58,766 bases of DNA from Microcoleus sp. GA_180221_E-2-1-MAG-45_12 (GTDB taxonomy: Bacteria; Cyanobacteriota; Cyanobacteriia; Cyanobacteriales; JAAUUE01). Shown here piece after piece: positions 9,531 through 18,975 of the stretch; the stretch's first letter is position 1, and the number at the start of each line of letters is the position of its first letter. Position numbers and translations under genes: made by a program. Below the pieces are notes generated by a model. That model worked only from the letters and a program-made list of their open reading frames with translations. It searched no databases and had not been told where the DNA came from. The stretch is from contig JAIMKT010000018.1 in the NCBI GenBank assembly GCA_020692245.1, positions 1-58,766 on the forward strand, in the 5' to 3' direction.

Positions 9531-12092
9531 ATGCAAAGGGCTAAAACTTTAAATAAAAATTCATTTCAAAACTTTTTAGTTATTGATACCGAAGGTGTGG
9601 AGGTGCTGCGAGAAATTGCGGTGATTGATCATCAAGGCAAGTTGATCTATGAGGCTTTTGTGGATGGGCATGAACGGAATCGATCGATCCACCACAGCCG
9701 TAAATCCCTAGAGCAGATTGTCCGGGACTTAGCCGTGATCATTGCCCACAAAACCATTGTTTGTCATTATGCGGAGCACGATCGAGGAGTGATCTCCCGG
9801 AGCTTTGCTCAAGCCCAAATTCCCCATCCTCAAGTAACTTATCTCTGTACCTGTGAACTCGCCAAAACATACCTTCCCCATGCCCAGAGTTATGCCCTAG
9901 AACATCTTAGTAAAATTCTCAATCTCCAAGTTAATCATCAATATTTTCACGATCGTCATGCCCACGTTGCCCGCTACGATGCCCACTTTACCTACCAGCT
10001 TTACCGCCAACTCCAACAACTCCAAGCTATGTCTCAACTATCTACAACGCCTAACCCCTTTAGTAGTAGCCGAGTTGATAACCCTTTTCAAGATCATCTA
10101 GATTTTCAGGAAATCTATGCTGCCGAATTTGCAACTCTCAAATCTGTCTTACTTGATGTTAAAAATGATCCGAATCAACAAAGTAAAGGAGCCTTAGTAA
10201 TTGGGGAAGCGGGCAGTGGTAAAACCCATTTAATGATGCGCCTAGCAAAGGAATTCTTACGAACTAACCGCCTCCTATTTATTCGCCATCCCAATAATGC
10301 CCAATCTGTAATTTATCATACCTATTCCCGCATTCTTGAATCCTTTGCTGAAAGAGTTCCCCTTAGAGAACAAGATCAAAATCAAGATCAAGATCAAAAC
10401 CAAGATCAAAACCAAGGAGTAGAAAAAACTCCAGCACATACCCAACTAGAGCTTTTATTATCAAATAGTTTAATTAAAATTCTTAGTTCCACAGATAAGT
10501 TTATTAATACTCAAAAGGGGCGAGATATTATTGCGGCTCTGGAGAATAATAGCTTAAGTTTATATAAACGCCTTGGGGCAGATGGCACCCAAAAAAATAG
10601 AGATAATTGGCAATCTATAGAAAAATATATTAATGATTGGTGGACAGAACGCTATACCGGGGCTGGTTATTCGGCAACTATTCTTAAGGGCATTATTCGG
10701 TTTTGTAGTTATACAGATTCTGGGAAAAAAGAATTAGTAAGACGGTGGTTAGCTGGACACGAATTAGATACAGAAGAAGCTACTAGTATTGGTTTAGAGA
10801 ATTGGTCTGAGAATTTAAGTCGAGAAGAATTTGCCCTCGAAGCAATTAGTGTTTTTGGGCGATTGTCAACCCTTGATGAACCTTTAATTATTGTTTTTGA
10901 CCAGTTAGAAAGTCTGGGTTTAGAGCAGAATCGAGATATCTTAAATAGTTTTGGGTCAGCAGTTAAGGAAATATTAACCCATGTGCCGAATAGTTTGATT
11001 ATTTTGAATTTGTTTCCTGATCGCTGGCAGCAGTTCCAAGGTTTCTTTGATGGCTCAGTGGTCGATCGAGTCTCCCAATACACCATTAAACTTAATCGTC
11101 CTTTGGAGACTAAACTCAAAAATATTCTCTCTCTGAAATCTCAAAGTATTGGTTTAGATATTGAGACGCTCTTTACACCTCTAGAATTAGGAGATATTCT
11201 CAAACAAAAATCAATCCGGGCAGTTCTGAACCGGGCAGCAGAATATTATCGATCGAAAGCTCACGGTCAACCTGTTCCCAAAAAAAATATTGCTGTAAAT
11301 CCTATTTCTAGCACCATCCCAAATCCTAGTGATATCAATCATAATTCCAATGTTCTCGCCAGATTAGAGATGCTAGAAACAACTGTGAGAAAAATTGCAA
11401 CTTTATTATTGCCTTTTGCTCAAGGGGAAGGTCTAACTAGTTTTTTACCTCCTGTAGACTCAATCAATCCAGCGTTAGTCAACTCCAATATTTCTCTAAC
11501 AAACCCAGCCCCAGAGTCAGATATTGTGACGACTTATCTATCTCAAACTAGGCAAACTCTAGAAGAAGAATATGATCAAGTAACTGTGATTGATGACTAT
11601 GATGATATCGGCAAACTTAAGGCGATCGTCAATGCTTTTCAACAATGCCAGAATATAGAAGTCAGTCAAGTCCGCCTAGGCAGAAGTAAGGTTCCTGAAA
11701 ATTTACTGTTAACTATTAATCACCAAGACTGGGCGATCGCCTTCTTAAATTTGGGTGGTAGTGCCTTTACCGCAAAAATTAAAAGATTTAATGAATGTGT
11801 CTCTAGACTTTCTTCTACAAACTTTTACCTGATTAAAGATCATAGGAGTAAACAGATTAATATTGGAACGATAGGCAAAGAAAATATTGATATTTTGAAT
11901 AAGGCTAAAAATGGTGCATTTATATTGTTTGATCGACAGAAGCGGATTGATTTTGAGTTGCTTTATCGATTAATCATTGATATCCAAGAGCAGGATTTAG
12001 AAGTTGATTTATCAAAAGCTCTGCCCATCGCTGCCCGTCATCTTCGGGATGATTGGTTAGTCCAAATGCTAGGAAAACCTTTAATTGATTAA
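9531..12092 (+). CDS. Fusion protein: DEDDh 3'-5' exonuclease + P-loop NTPase + uncharacterised C-terminal domain
   Basis: Exonuclease motifs are ExoI VIDTEG, ExoII HYAEHD and ExoIII HVARYDA (Hx4D). The NTPase has Walker A GEAGSGKTH and Walker B-like LIIVFDQLE. The ~200-aa C-terminal region has no motif I recognise. An AGGAG Shine-Dalgarno lies upstream of the ATG. Confidence 0.7.
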   Translation: MQRAKTLNKNSFQNFLVIDTEGVEVLREIAVIDHQGKLIYEAFVDGHERNRSIHHSRKSLEQIVRDLAVIIAHKTIVCHYAEHDRGVISRSFAQAQIPHPQVTYLCTCELAKTYLPHAQSYALEHLSKILNLQVNHQYFHDRHAHVARYDAHFTYQLYRQLQQLQAMSQLSTTPNPFSSSRVDNPFQDHLDFQEIYAAEFATLKSVLLDVKNDPNQQSKGALVIGEAGSGKTHLMMRLAKEFLRTNRLLFIRHPNNAQSVIYHTYSRILESFAERVPLREQDQNQDQDQNQDQNQGVEKTPAHTQLELLLSNSLIKILSSTDKFINTQKGRDIIAALENNSLSLYKRLGADGTQKNRDNWQSIEKYINDWWTERYTGAGYSATILKGIIRFCSYTDSGKKELVRRWLAGHELDTEEATSIGLENWSENLSREEFALEAISVFGRLSTLDEPLIIVFDQLESLGLEQNRDILNSFGSAVKEILTHVPNSLIILNLFPDRWQQFQGFFDGSVVDRVSQYTIKLNRPLETKLKNILSLKSQSIGLDIETLFTPLELGDILKQKSIRAVLNRAAEYYRSKAHGQPVPKKNIAVNPISSTIPNPSDINHNSNVLARLEMLETTVRKIATLLLPFAQGEGLTSFLPPVDSINPALVNSNISLTNPAPESDIVTTYLSQTRQTLEEEYDQVTVIDDYDDIGKLKAIVNAFQQCQNIEVSQVRLGRSKVPENLLLTINHQDWAIAFLNLGGSAFTAKIKRFNECVSRLSSTNFYLIKDHRSKQINIGTIGKENIDILNKAKNGAFILFDRQKRIDFELLYRLIIDIQEQDLEVDLSKALPIAARHLRDDWLVQMLGKPLID

Positions 12093-13047
12093 GGAGATGA
12101 CTTCAATATTTTTTGTAATTATAGGAATTTTAATTTTATTATTGGCTATGCTCGAAATTGGGCTGAGAGTCTCGATCGGGTTTGGGAATCCTTTGATTTA
12201 TGTTGCCGACCCAGAAATTGGCTATTTATTGGCTCCGAATCAACGGGTGTGGCGTTTTGGGAATCGGGTAGAAATTAATGAATATTCCATGCGGAGTCCT
12301 AGCCTATTAAATCTAGCCCCAGATTTACGAATTTTATTATTAGGAGATTCGGTACTCAATGGTAGTTGGTGGACAGATCAAAATGAAACAATCTCAGCAG
12401 TAGTGACAAGGATTTTGTTAACTACTAATTCACCAAAAATAGAAGTTCTAAATATTTCTGCTAATGGCTGGAGTCCTCGCAATGAATTGGCATACTTAAA
12501 AAAATTTGGTTGTTTTCAGGCGCAAATTCTAGTTTTATTGTTGAATACTGATGATCTGTTTGGAACGGCTCCCACTTCGATGCCTGTGGGGAACGATCGA
12601 TACTATCCCAGCCAAAAACCTGCCCTAGCTATTCTTGAAGCTGCCACCAGATTCCTGCCCTATGCTCCACCTCCAGAAATGGCAATAGTCAACGCTGAAG
12701 GGGGCGATCGAGTGGGATTCAACCTTGCGGCAATTGAGGAAATCTACCACATCACCCAAGCCCAAAATATTTCCCTAAAAATCGCCCTCACTCCCCTCTG
12801 GCATGAAGTAACCAACCAGACTAAGGATTATGAAATCACTGCTCGATCGAGATTAGTCAAATTCACCCAAGAGCAGGGAATTGCCTACCTAGATTTTTTA
12901 CCAATTTTCCAGAGTCACAGCGATCCACAAACTCTCTACCATGACCAAATTCACCTCAGTCCCTTGGGAAATAAATTAGTTGGTACTGAAATTAGTAAGC
13001 TGATTGTAGAGAAAACCCACCATATTAAGTTAGAAAATGAGGTCTAA
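12085..13047 (+). CDS. Membrane-anchored SGNH/GDSL hydrolase
   Basis: It has an N-terminal TM helix, block I LLLGDSVLNG, block III LLLNTDD and block V DQIH. It overlaps the upstream stop by 8 nt if the TTG at 12085 is used, or starts 4 nt after that stop if the ATG at 12097 is used. Confidence 0.7.
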   Translation: MIKEMTSIFFVIIGILILLLAMLEIGLRVSIGFGNPLIYVADPEIGYLLAPNQRVWRFGNRVEINEYSMRSPSLLNLAPDLRILLLGDSVLNGSWWTDQNETISAVVTRILLTTNSPKIEVLNISANGWSPRNELAYLKKFGCFQAQILVLLLNTDDLFGTAPTSMPVGNDRYYPSQKPALAILEAATRFLPYAPPPEMAIVNAEGGDRVGFNLAAIEEIYHITQAQNISLKIALTPLWHEVTNQTKDYEITARSRLVKFTQEQGIAYLDFLPIFQSHSDPQTLYHDQIHLSPLGNKLVGTEISKLIVEKTHHIKLENEV

Positions 13048-13128
13048 TGGAACTAACGAAAAAAATAAAGTATTCACCAATCAAGTAATCAATCACATAA
13101 TCAAGCCGACAAGTTGTTGGGGGTCTCC

Positions 13129-13470
13129 ATGCTTAACTACGATTCTGATAAACGCAAACTACTATCTGTGCTGTGTCACGGTTCAATCTTTTTAAACTCC
13201 ATAGTTATTGGGGCGGGAGTTCCCCTAGCGGTTTTACTTGTCTCGGATGATCCTGTAGTCAAAACTAGTGCGAAGGAATCTTTGAATTTTCACTTTAATA
13301 TGTGGCTGTACTGGGCAATTTTCGGAGCCTTGGCATGGATTTTAATTGGGTTGCCTTTCTTGGCAATTGTGGCGATCGCCAACCTCATCCTACCAATCTT
13401 GGCAATTCTCAGTTCCTTAGCGAACCCAAACGAATCCTACCGCTACCCATTCATCTTCCGCATTCTCTAG
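13129..13470 (+). CDS. DUF4870-like small membrane protein
   Basis: The pattern LSVLCHGSIFL ... ESLNFHFNMWLYW is typical of the DUF4870 family. The ATG at 13129 is preferred over the TTG at 13114. Confidence 0.55.
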   Translation: MLNYDSDKRKLLSVLCHGSIFLNSIVIGAGVPLAVLLVSDDPVVKTSAKESLNFHFNMWLYWAIFGALAWILIGLPFLAIVAIANLILPILAILSSLANPNESYRYPFIFRIL

Positions 13471-13665
13471 GTTTCCCTAAGAAGCAATCACCATAAGAGA
13501 CCAGCTACCAAATATGCTGCGATCGCTGATGCAATCAGGCTGGTAATCTAGCCCAGCCATACTTGACACTCCTACAGCTAAAGCCAGTGGATTTTACGGC
13601 GATTTATATGAAATTATCCTAAATATCACACTGCACCCTATAAGAGCGGCGATCGCACTACGTTT

Positions 13666-14346
13666 TCATTTACTACTTACGGTTGCTTCACTAATTACTT
13701 CTAGAACTTCTTTCGGATGTGAAATCATAGGGAAATGGCTTGATGCCACAGTTACTGTTTTTGCATTCATTCGTTGAGACATTTCACGCTGTAAATCTGG
13801 CGGAACTGCCTTGTCGTTGCTTGCTAGAACATACCAGCTTGGTTTATCTCTCCAAGCAGGCAAACTTGCCCTCACTTCCGTTAGTGATATCGATGGTGTT
13901 ATTTGAGTCGCATGAATTAATGCCTTTCTTCCTTCTGAAAGACCATTTGCTAAAACTTCATCAATACCTTCTCTGGAAATCCAAACAAAACCATTTTGTT
14001 CTTGAAAATGCGGTGAAGGGGAACCATATTTACTCATTAAATCAGCCATGGATTCGCCAGCATCGGGAGCAAGCGCCGCAATATACACCAAACCAGCAAC
14101 TCGTTCATCATTGCCAACTGTAGTAATAACAAAACCTCCCCACGAATGACCAACTAGAATACATTTTCCCTCTATGTGGTCTAAAGCACGTTTTGTTGCA
14201 GCAATATCGTCTTCCAGAGAGGTAAGCGGGTTTTGCACTGCAATTACTTTATAGCCTTCTGTCAGCAGCGTCGGAATAATCTCACTGTAACAGGAGCCAT
14301 CTGCCCAAAAGCCGTGGACTAAAATAACGTTTTGAACTTTGCTCAT
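13666..14346 (-). CDS. Alpha/beta hydrolase
   Basis: 226-aa ORF with an oxyanion region VILVHGFWADG and a nucleophile elbow GHSWGG. Confidence 0.85.
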   Translation of the reverse strand: MSKVQNVILVHGFWADGSCYSEIIPTLLTEGYKVIAVQNPLTSLEDDIAATKRALDHIEGKCILVGHSWGGFVITTVGNDERVAGLVYIAALAPDAGESMADLMSKYGSPSPHFQEQNGFVWISREGIDEVLANGLSEGRKALIHATQITPSISLTEVRASLPAWRDKPSWYVLASNDKAVPPDLQREMSQRMNAKTVTVASSHFPMISHPKEVLEVISEATVSSK

Positions 14347-14683
14347 AAAGGTTTCAATGAAAATAGCGTTAGCTGTGAAACATTTTCAATAGAGTATCAA
14401 AGAAGCAGTTGAACTATGCATTAAACGGGAAAATTTTGTCTAATGTCATTATGAGGCAGATAGGCTGAATGTCAAGTTTCGGGGTAATTAGCCCAGCAAT
14501 TCTTATTTTAGTATGAACTAAAAATGGCATCGAAAAGGTTTTTGTCCAAGTTGCTAAACGATCGAATAAGGCTTCTAGCTTTCATCGATCGGGTAGTTTT
14601 GCCATAATGAGAATTGCTGACACAGTTTATTGAGATTAGTCGAGCAATTCTAATGACGACTTAGACCATTTGTTTTAAGCACA

Positions 14684-15064
14684 CTACCCTATTACGTTCA
14701 TAATTACGCTCCTAAGCTCTTTATCAGGAGGACGCTTTTTAAACTGCTCATGACTATAGAGCCATAATGGTTTAATAATACGTTTACCTTCATTGACCAA
14801 ATAAATAAGTCGAACTTGTCCAGAAGCACCTTGCCCTATTTTTATTTCAAGTTTGTGAAGTGTCCATTCATTTGGAATATTTATTCCTCCAGGCAATGGT
14901 TCATCTCTAGAACTTCTAGGATAAACCTCATGCACCAAGTCTTTCAGGATTGCAACAATTGTGTTTGAAAAATTGTTACCGTATACTTTACTTTTAGCCA
15001 ACTTTTTAAAAGTTCTTTCAAAGCTATCTGTCTTTTCAAGAAAGAAGGGAGGTAAGCCAGTCAT
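14684..15064 (-). CDS. RelE/ParE-superfamily (Gp49/HigB-like) toxin candidate
   Basis: 126-aa ORF with TDSFERTFKKLAK at the N-terminus and GQGASGQVRLIYLV, which resembles the KSGGYR(V/L)IY block. It lies immediately downstream of, and overlaps by 29 nt, a Panacea antitoxin gene. Confidence 0.55.
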   Translation of the reverse strand: MTGLPPFFLEKTDSFERTFKKLAKSKVYGNNFSNTIVAILKDLVHEVYPRSSRDEPLPGGINIPNEWTLHKLEIKIGQGASGQVRLIYLVNEGKRIIKPLWLYSHEQFKKRPPDKELRSVIMNVIG

Positions 15065-15629
15065 TTATCTCATCCTCATGGACATATTCGGGATCTTTAG
15101 CAGGCTGTTTAAAGGATTGATCGAGCAAATATGAAATTGAAGCCTTGTAAGCAGGATTATCTTGCTCAATCTGTTCCAGTTTCTGATAGCCAAGTAATTT
15201 CATATCTTCTAAAAGGATAGATTCTGTAGATCGGGCTTCGGATGGAAGTCCTTTCCGTGCTTTTTTCCAAGGAAAATCTACGTGAGTCATTCCACTTAAG
15301 TAGTAAGCATGGTGTTGCCCAAAATAATCCCAAACCTCTTCAAGTAAATCCTTTCGATCATCAGTAATCTGTGAAAAAGAGTATTTATCTGGCATTGGGA
15401 GTTGCTCAGCTTCAAATTGTGAATAAAAGCGGTAAGCTGGGGGGCAAACAGGTCCATATCGCCATGCTTGAATTTCGTCCTCGAATAAAGGCTCATCAAA
15501 AAGTGCAAGGTGTAAACTTTGTGCGTAATAAAGAAGTTTTTGCACCTTCATATTAGTCATTTGATCTTCCCGACCATCCTCGTAAGCTCTGAGTATGAAG
15601 AATCTAGCAACCTGCAAGCAGTCAAACAT
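15036..15629 (-). CDS. Panacea (DUF4065, SocA-like) domain antitoxin
   Basis: 197-aa ORF with the core MKVQKLLYYAQSLHLALFDEPLFEDEIQAWRYGPVCPPAY, typical of DUF4065. A C-terminal extension is present. Confidence 0.75.
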   Translation of the reverse strand: MFDCLQVARFFILRAYEDGREDQMTNMKVQKLLYYAQSLHLALFDEPLFEDEIQAWRYGPVCPPAYRFYSQFEAEQLPMPDKYSFSQITDDRKDLLEEVWDYFGQHHAYYLSGMTHVDFPWKKARKGLPSEARSTESILLEDMKLLGYQKLEQIEQDNPAYKASISYLLDQSFKQPAKDPEYVHEDEINDWLTSLLS

Positions 15630-15781
15630 TGCTTTGCCTCCTAAATATCCCTAGTCTTATATTATGGCACAATCATGGGTTTCCATCAAACTCACGTTAA
15701 GTCTAGCTGACCTGTCCAAAAATATTGATTTTGGCTAAAGATTTCTGCTCGTCATCCATTCCAAGATTACAATGGCTTGCT

Positions 15782-17386
15782 ATGAATCCAAATATAAATT
15801 CAGAATCAAAAATCTATATCTACGATACAACTCTCCGGGATGGGGCGCAGCGAGAGGGTTTGTCTTTGTCTTTGGAAGATAAGCTGCAAATTGCTCAGAA
15901 ACTAGACCAGATGGGGATTCCCTTCATTGAAGGTGGTTGGCCAGGTGCAAACCCCAAGGATGGGCAGTTTTTTGGGCAACTCAAGGCAAATCCCTTAACT
16001 CAAGCGCAAGTAGTTGCTTTCTGCTCCACCCGTCGTCCCCACACTACCGCAGCTAAAGACCCTCTCCTGAAAGCGATCCTCGATGCAGGGACAACATGGG
16101 TGACAATTTTTGGGAAGTCTTGGGATCTGCACGTCACCAAGGGGCTACACACGACCCTAGAGGAAAATCTAGCCATGATTCGGGATACGATCGAGTACCT
16201 GATTAGTCAAGGGCGACAGGTAATTTATGACGGGGAACACTGGTTTGATGGCTATAAAGACAATCCTGACTATGCCATGCAGACCCTCGAAACAGCCCTA
16301 GAAGCGGGGGCGGCGTGGTTAGTTTTTTGTGATACAAATGGCGGCACTTTACCCCACGAAATCACCCAAATTATTCAAGAAGTTATTGGTAAGTTACAAA
16401 CTAAGTATGGAAAAATTCCCCCGTTAGGCATCCATACCCACAATGATGCAGATACTGCCGTGGCAAATGCGATCGCTGCTGTGCAAGCTGGAGTCCGGAT
16501 GGTACAGGGGACAATTAACGGTTATGGAGAGCGTTGTGGCAATGCTAACCTCTGCTCAGTCATGCCCAATCTCCAACTCAAACTCGGCTACTCCTGTTTG
16601 GCAGATGCTCAGATGCAGCAACTCAGTGCCACTAGTCGGTTTATTAGTGAAGTGGTAAACCTTGCACCTAATGATCATGCAGCTTTTGTGGGACAATCCG
16701 CCTTTGCCCATAAGGGTGGGATTCACGTTTCCGCCGTAGAAAAAAATCCCCTCACCTACGAACACATTGCCCCAGAGGCGATCGGCAACCAACGGCGCAT
16801 TGTCATTTCCGATCAATCGGGCTTAAGTAATGTCCTAGCCAAGGCTCGCACCTTCGGGATTAACCTCGATAAAAGCCATCCCGCCTGTCGGCAGATTTTG
16901 GAGAAGCTCAAAGATCTAGAAAGCCAAGGTTATCAGTTTGAAGCGGCGGAAGCTAGTTTTGATCTGCTCATGCGGGAGTTTTTGGGATCACGTCCAGAAC
17001 TTTTTTCCATTAAGGGTTTTCAAGTCCACTGCAACATGACCCAAGACTGGACTCATGCCCTAGCCACGATTAAGGTAGTTGTAAAAGATCAAGATATTTT
17101 GGAGTCTGCCGAGGGAAATGGCCCCGTGTCTGCCTTGGATGCTGCTTTGCGGAAAGCGTTAACTAATTTTTATCCTGAAATTGCTCAGTTTTATCTTACA
17201 GACTACAAAGTCCGGATCCTTGATGGCGGGGCGGGGACTTCGGCAAAAACTAGGGTGTTGGTGGAGTCGAGCAATGGGCAGCAACGGTGGACGACCTTGG
17301 GAGTTTCTGGGAATATTCTGGATGCTTCCTACGAGGCGGTGGTGGAGGGGATTGAGTATGGTTTGTTGTTGGGGAGTCGATCGTAA
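15782..17386 (+). CDS. cimA: (R)-citramalate synthase
   Basis: YDTTLRDGAQREGLSLSLEDKLQIAQKLDQMGIPFIEGGWPGANPKD is the CimA-type N-terminus, and a LeuA-dimer-like C-terminal regulatory domain follows. The ATG at 15782 is preferred over the TTG at 15725. Confidence 0.85.
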   Translation: MNPNINSESKIYIYDTTLRDGAQREGLSLSLEDKLQIAQKLDQMGIPFIEGGWPGANPKDGQFFGQLKANPLTQAQVVAFCSTRRPHTTAAKDPLLKAILDAGTTWVTIFGKSWDLHVTKGLHTTLEENLAMIRDTIEYLISQGRQVIYDGEHWFDGYKDNPDYAMQTLETALEAGAAWLVFCDTNGGTLPHEITQIIQEVIGKLQTKYGKIPPLGIHTHNDADTAVANAIAAVQAGVRMVQGTINGYGERCGNANLCSVMPNLQLKLGYSCLADAQMQQLSATSRFISEVVNLAPNDHAAFVGQSAFAHKGGIHVSAVEKNPLTYEHIAPEAIGNQRRIVISDQSGLSNVLAKARTFGINLDKSHPACRQILEKLKDLESQGYQFEAAEASFDLLMREFLGSRPELFSIKGFQVHCNMTQDWTHALATIKVVVKDQDILESAEGNGPVSALDAALRKALTNFYPEIAQFYLTDYKVRILDGGAGTSAKTRVLVESSNGQQRWTTLGVSGNILDASYEAVVEGIEYGLLLGSRS

Positions 17387-17393
17387 CTATTTC

Positions 17394-17852
17394 CTAACGA
17401 TTAGCATTAGAAATCCGAATAATTAGATAACTAATAGAGAGGGAAAAAATTGCGACACCAAGACCAATAATGGAAAGACTAGGGGTTTTGTCCAGATCAA
17501 GAATGATGATTTTTCGGGCGATCGCTACCAAGGAAGTAACAATGACTAATTCTACTTGAATAACGTGTTTACGGAGATAGGCAGTAATATTTTCGAGAAT
17601 TTCTAGGGCAATTAAGACATTTAAAAACATCCCAAAAAATTCAAATAACCCGATGCTCAACAACATCCGGGGTTCAGAAAAAATATCAACCATCACAACT
17701 CGAATTAAGTCTATAGTTGCAATAATAATTATTAAAATCATGGCTAAAGATAAGAACTTAGCGATAATTGTTTCTATCTTTTCAACCGTATGTAAAAAAC
17801 CTTCGTCTTTCCAGAGATTAGTAAGGTTTCTAAAAAATCTTTGCATAGTCAA
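17394..17852 (-). CDS. PsiE-family (phosphate-starvation-inducible E-like) membrane protein
   Basis: 152-aa ORF with four TM segments and a LIALEILENI-type central block. It is convergent with cimA, with only a 7-nt spacer. Confidence 0.5.
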   Translation of the reverse strand: MTMQRFFRNLTNLWKDEGFLHTVEKIETIIAKFLSLAMILIIIIATIDLIRVVMVDIFSEPRMLLSIGLFEFFGMFLNVLIALEILENITAYLRKHVIQVELVIVTSLVAIARKIIILDLDKTPSLSIIGLGVAIFSLSISYLIIRISNANR

Positions 17853-18240
17853 TATAAATTTCGCAACCTTGTAAAACTAAATATAAAAATCTAGATATAG
17901 TGACCCTAAATAATTCTTAAACTATAGAGGATAGGCTGCTTTTAACTGAACTAGGATTGCGATAGTAAAAGCTAGAAACAGCCATTGATAACTAAAAAAC
18001 ACTTTATCATTAAGCCGTCTTGTCTAAATCCTCTGACTTTGTAAATTTTTGTAGAATAGCTGAAGAATGGGGATAGTTCTATTTTTGGTGGCGAAAAGTA
18101 AAAATCTTCAGACCCATTTCCAGTCCTCTGCTTGTCCGAGATGTGCGGTTTTATTCTAGGAAGGTATAATGTTTTAAGCTTTATATTTCCAATCTAAATT
18201 TGCAAATCTAATTTTCAACCTATTCATTCCTGATATTTTT

Positions 18241-18825
18241 ATGGGAGAGCCGCAGCGATCGCTCATCACCACCGGAGTTCTATCTACTCAACAGCTAACC
18301 TCTGCAACCAATTATCTCAAGCAGCTTTTTGCTAGTCTAGTAGCCTTGACCCAAATTAATTCTGGAGATCTGTCTGGGGCGATCGAGCAAATCCGCCAAT
18401 CTGCCCAGGATACCTCCGCAAAAGGGATAGAAATCAAAAGACAAGATAAATTAGTTAATTATTTTTTTTCAGTTACCGCCGATACCTCAACTCCTTCGGC
18501 TCCAGACTCTAGAACTAAAATTATTTTGACCCCAGAGGAGGTGGCTATTTTTGTTCAAGTTTGTAGCTATCTTTGTCAGCAGCACCAAGAACTAATTCGG
18601 CGGGCAGTGAGTCTGATGGAACAATTAGCTGGAGAGGGGAGCGATCCTTGGCAGGCTACTTTGCTAGATAGTTACTCCAAAGGCTTAGAAGGCTACTACA
18701 GTCATGCTAACTCCCAAAAAATCAAACAACTAGGGGCAAAATTACTATTAGATTTGCTTTTCTACAGTTCTGCCTACGGACAGGAGCGATTGTGGCGCCG
18801 ATGTATCGAACCGCTAAATAACTAA
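18241..18825 (+). CDS. Hypothetical protein
   Basis: 194-aa ORF with host-like composition. I recognise no motif. Confidence 0.45.
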   Translation: MGEPQRSLITTGVLSTQQLTSATNYLKQLFASLVALTQINSGDLSGAIEQIRQSAQDTSAKGIEIKRQDKLVNYFFSVTADTSTPSAPDSRTKIILTPEEVAIFVQVCSYLCQQHQELIRRAVSLMEQLAGEGSDPWQATLLDSYSKGLEGYYSHANSQKIKQLGAKLLLDLLFYSSAYGQERLWRRCIEPLNN

Positions 18826-18975
18826 GCTAGACCTAATAAGAGGACATAAAGCCCTACGCATAAATTTTCATAGAGGTGATCAGCAAGGTCGTTGACTATA
18901 ATTGAGATGTACAATTGAGTACATTACTTGAGTCTATTATTAATAATTTCCTAATCATTAACTACATTTTTGCCA

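Noticed and set aside
18241-18825. Naming the 194-aa protein DUF3038, because that family often precedes DUF4335 genes.
   Set aside because: I could not match any remembered DUF3038 motif in the sequence, so it is left as hypothetical.
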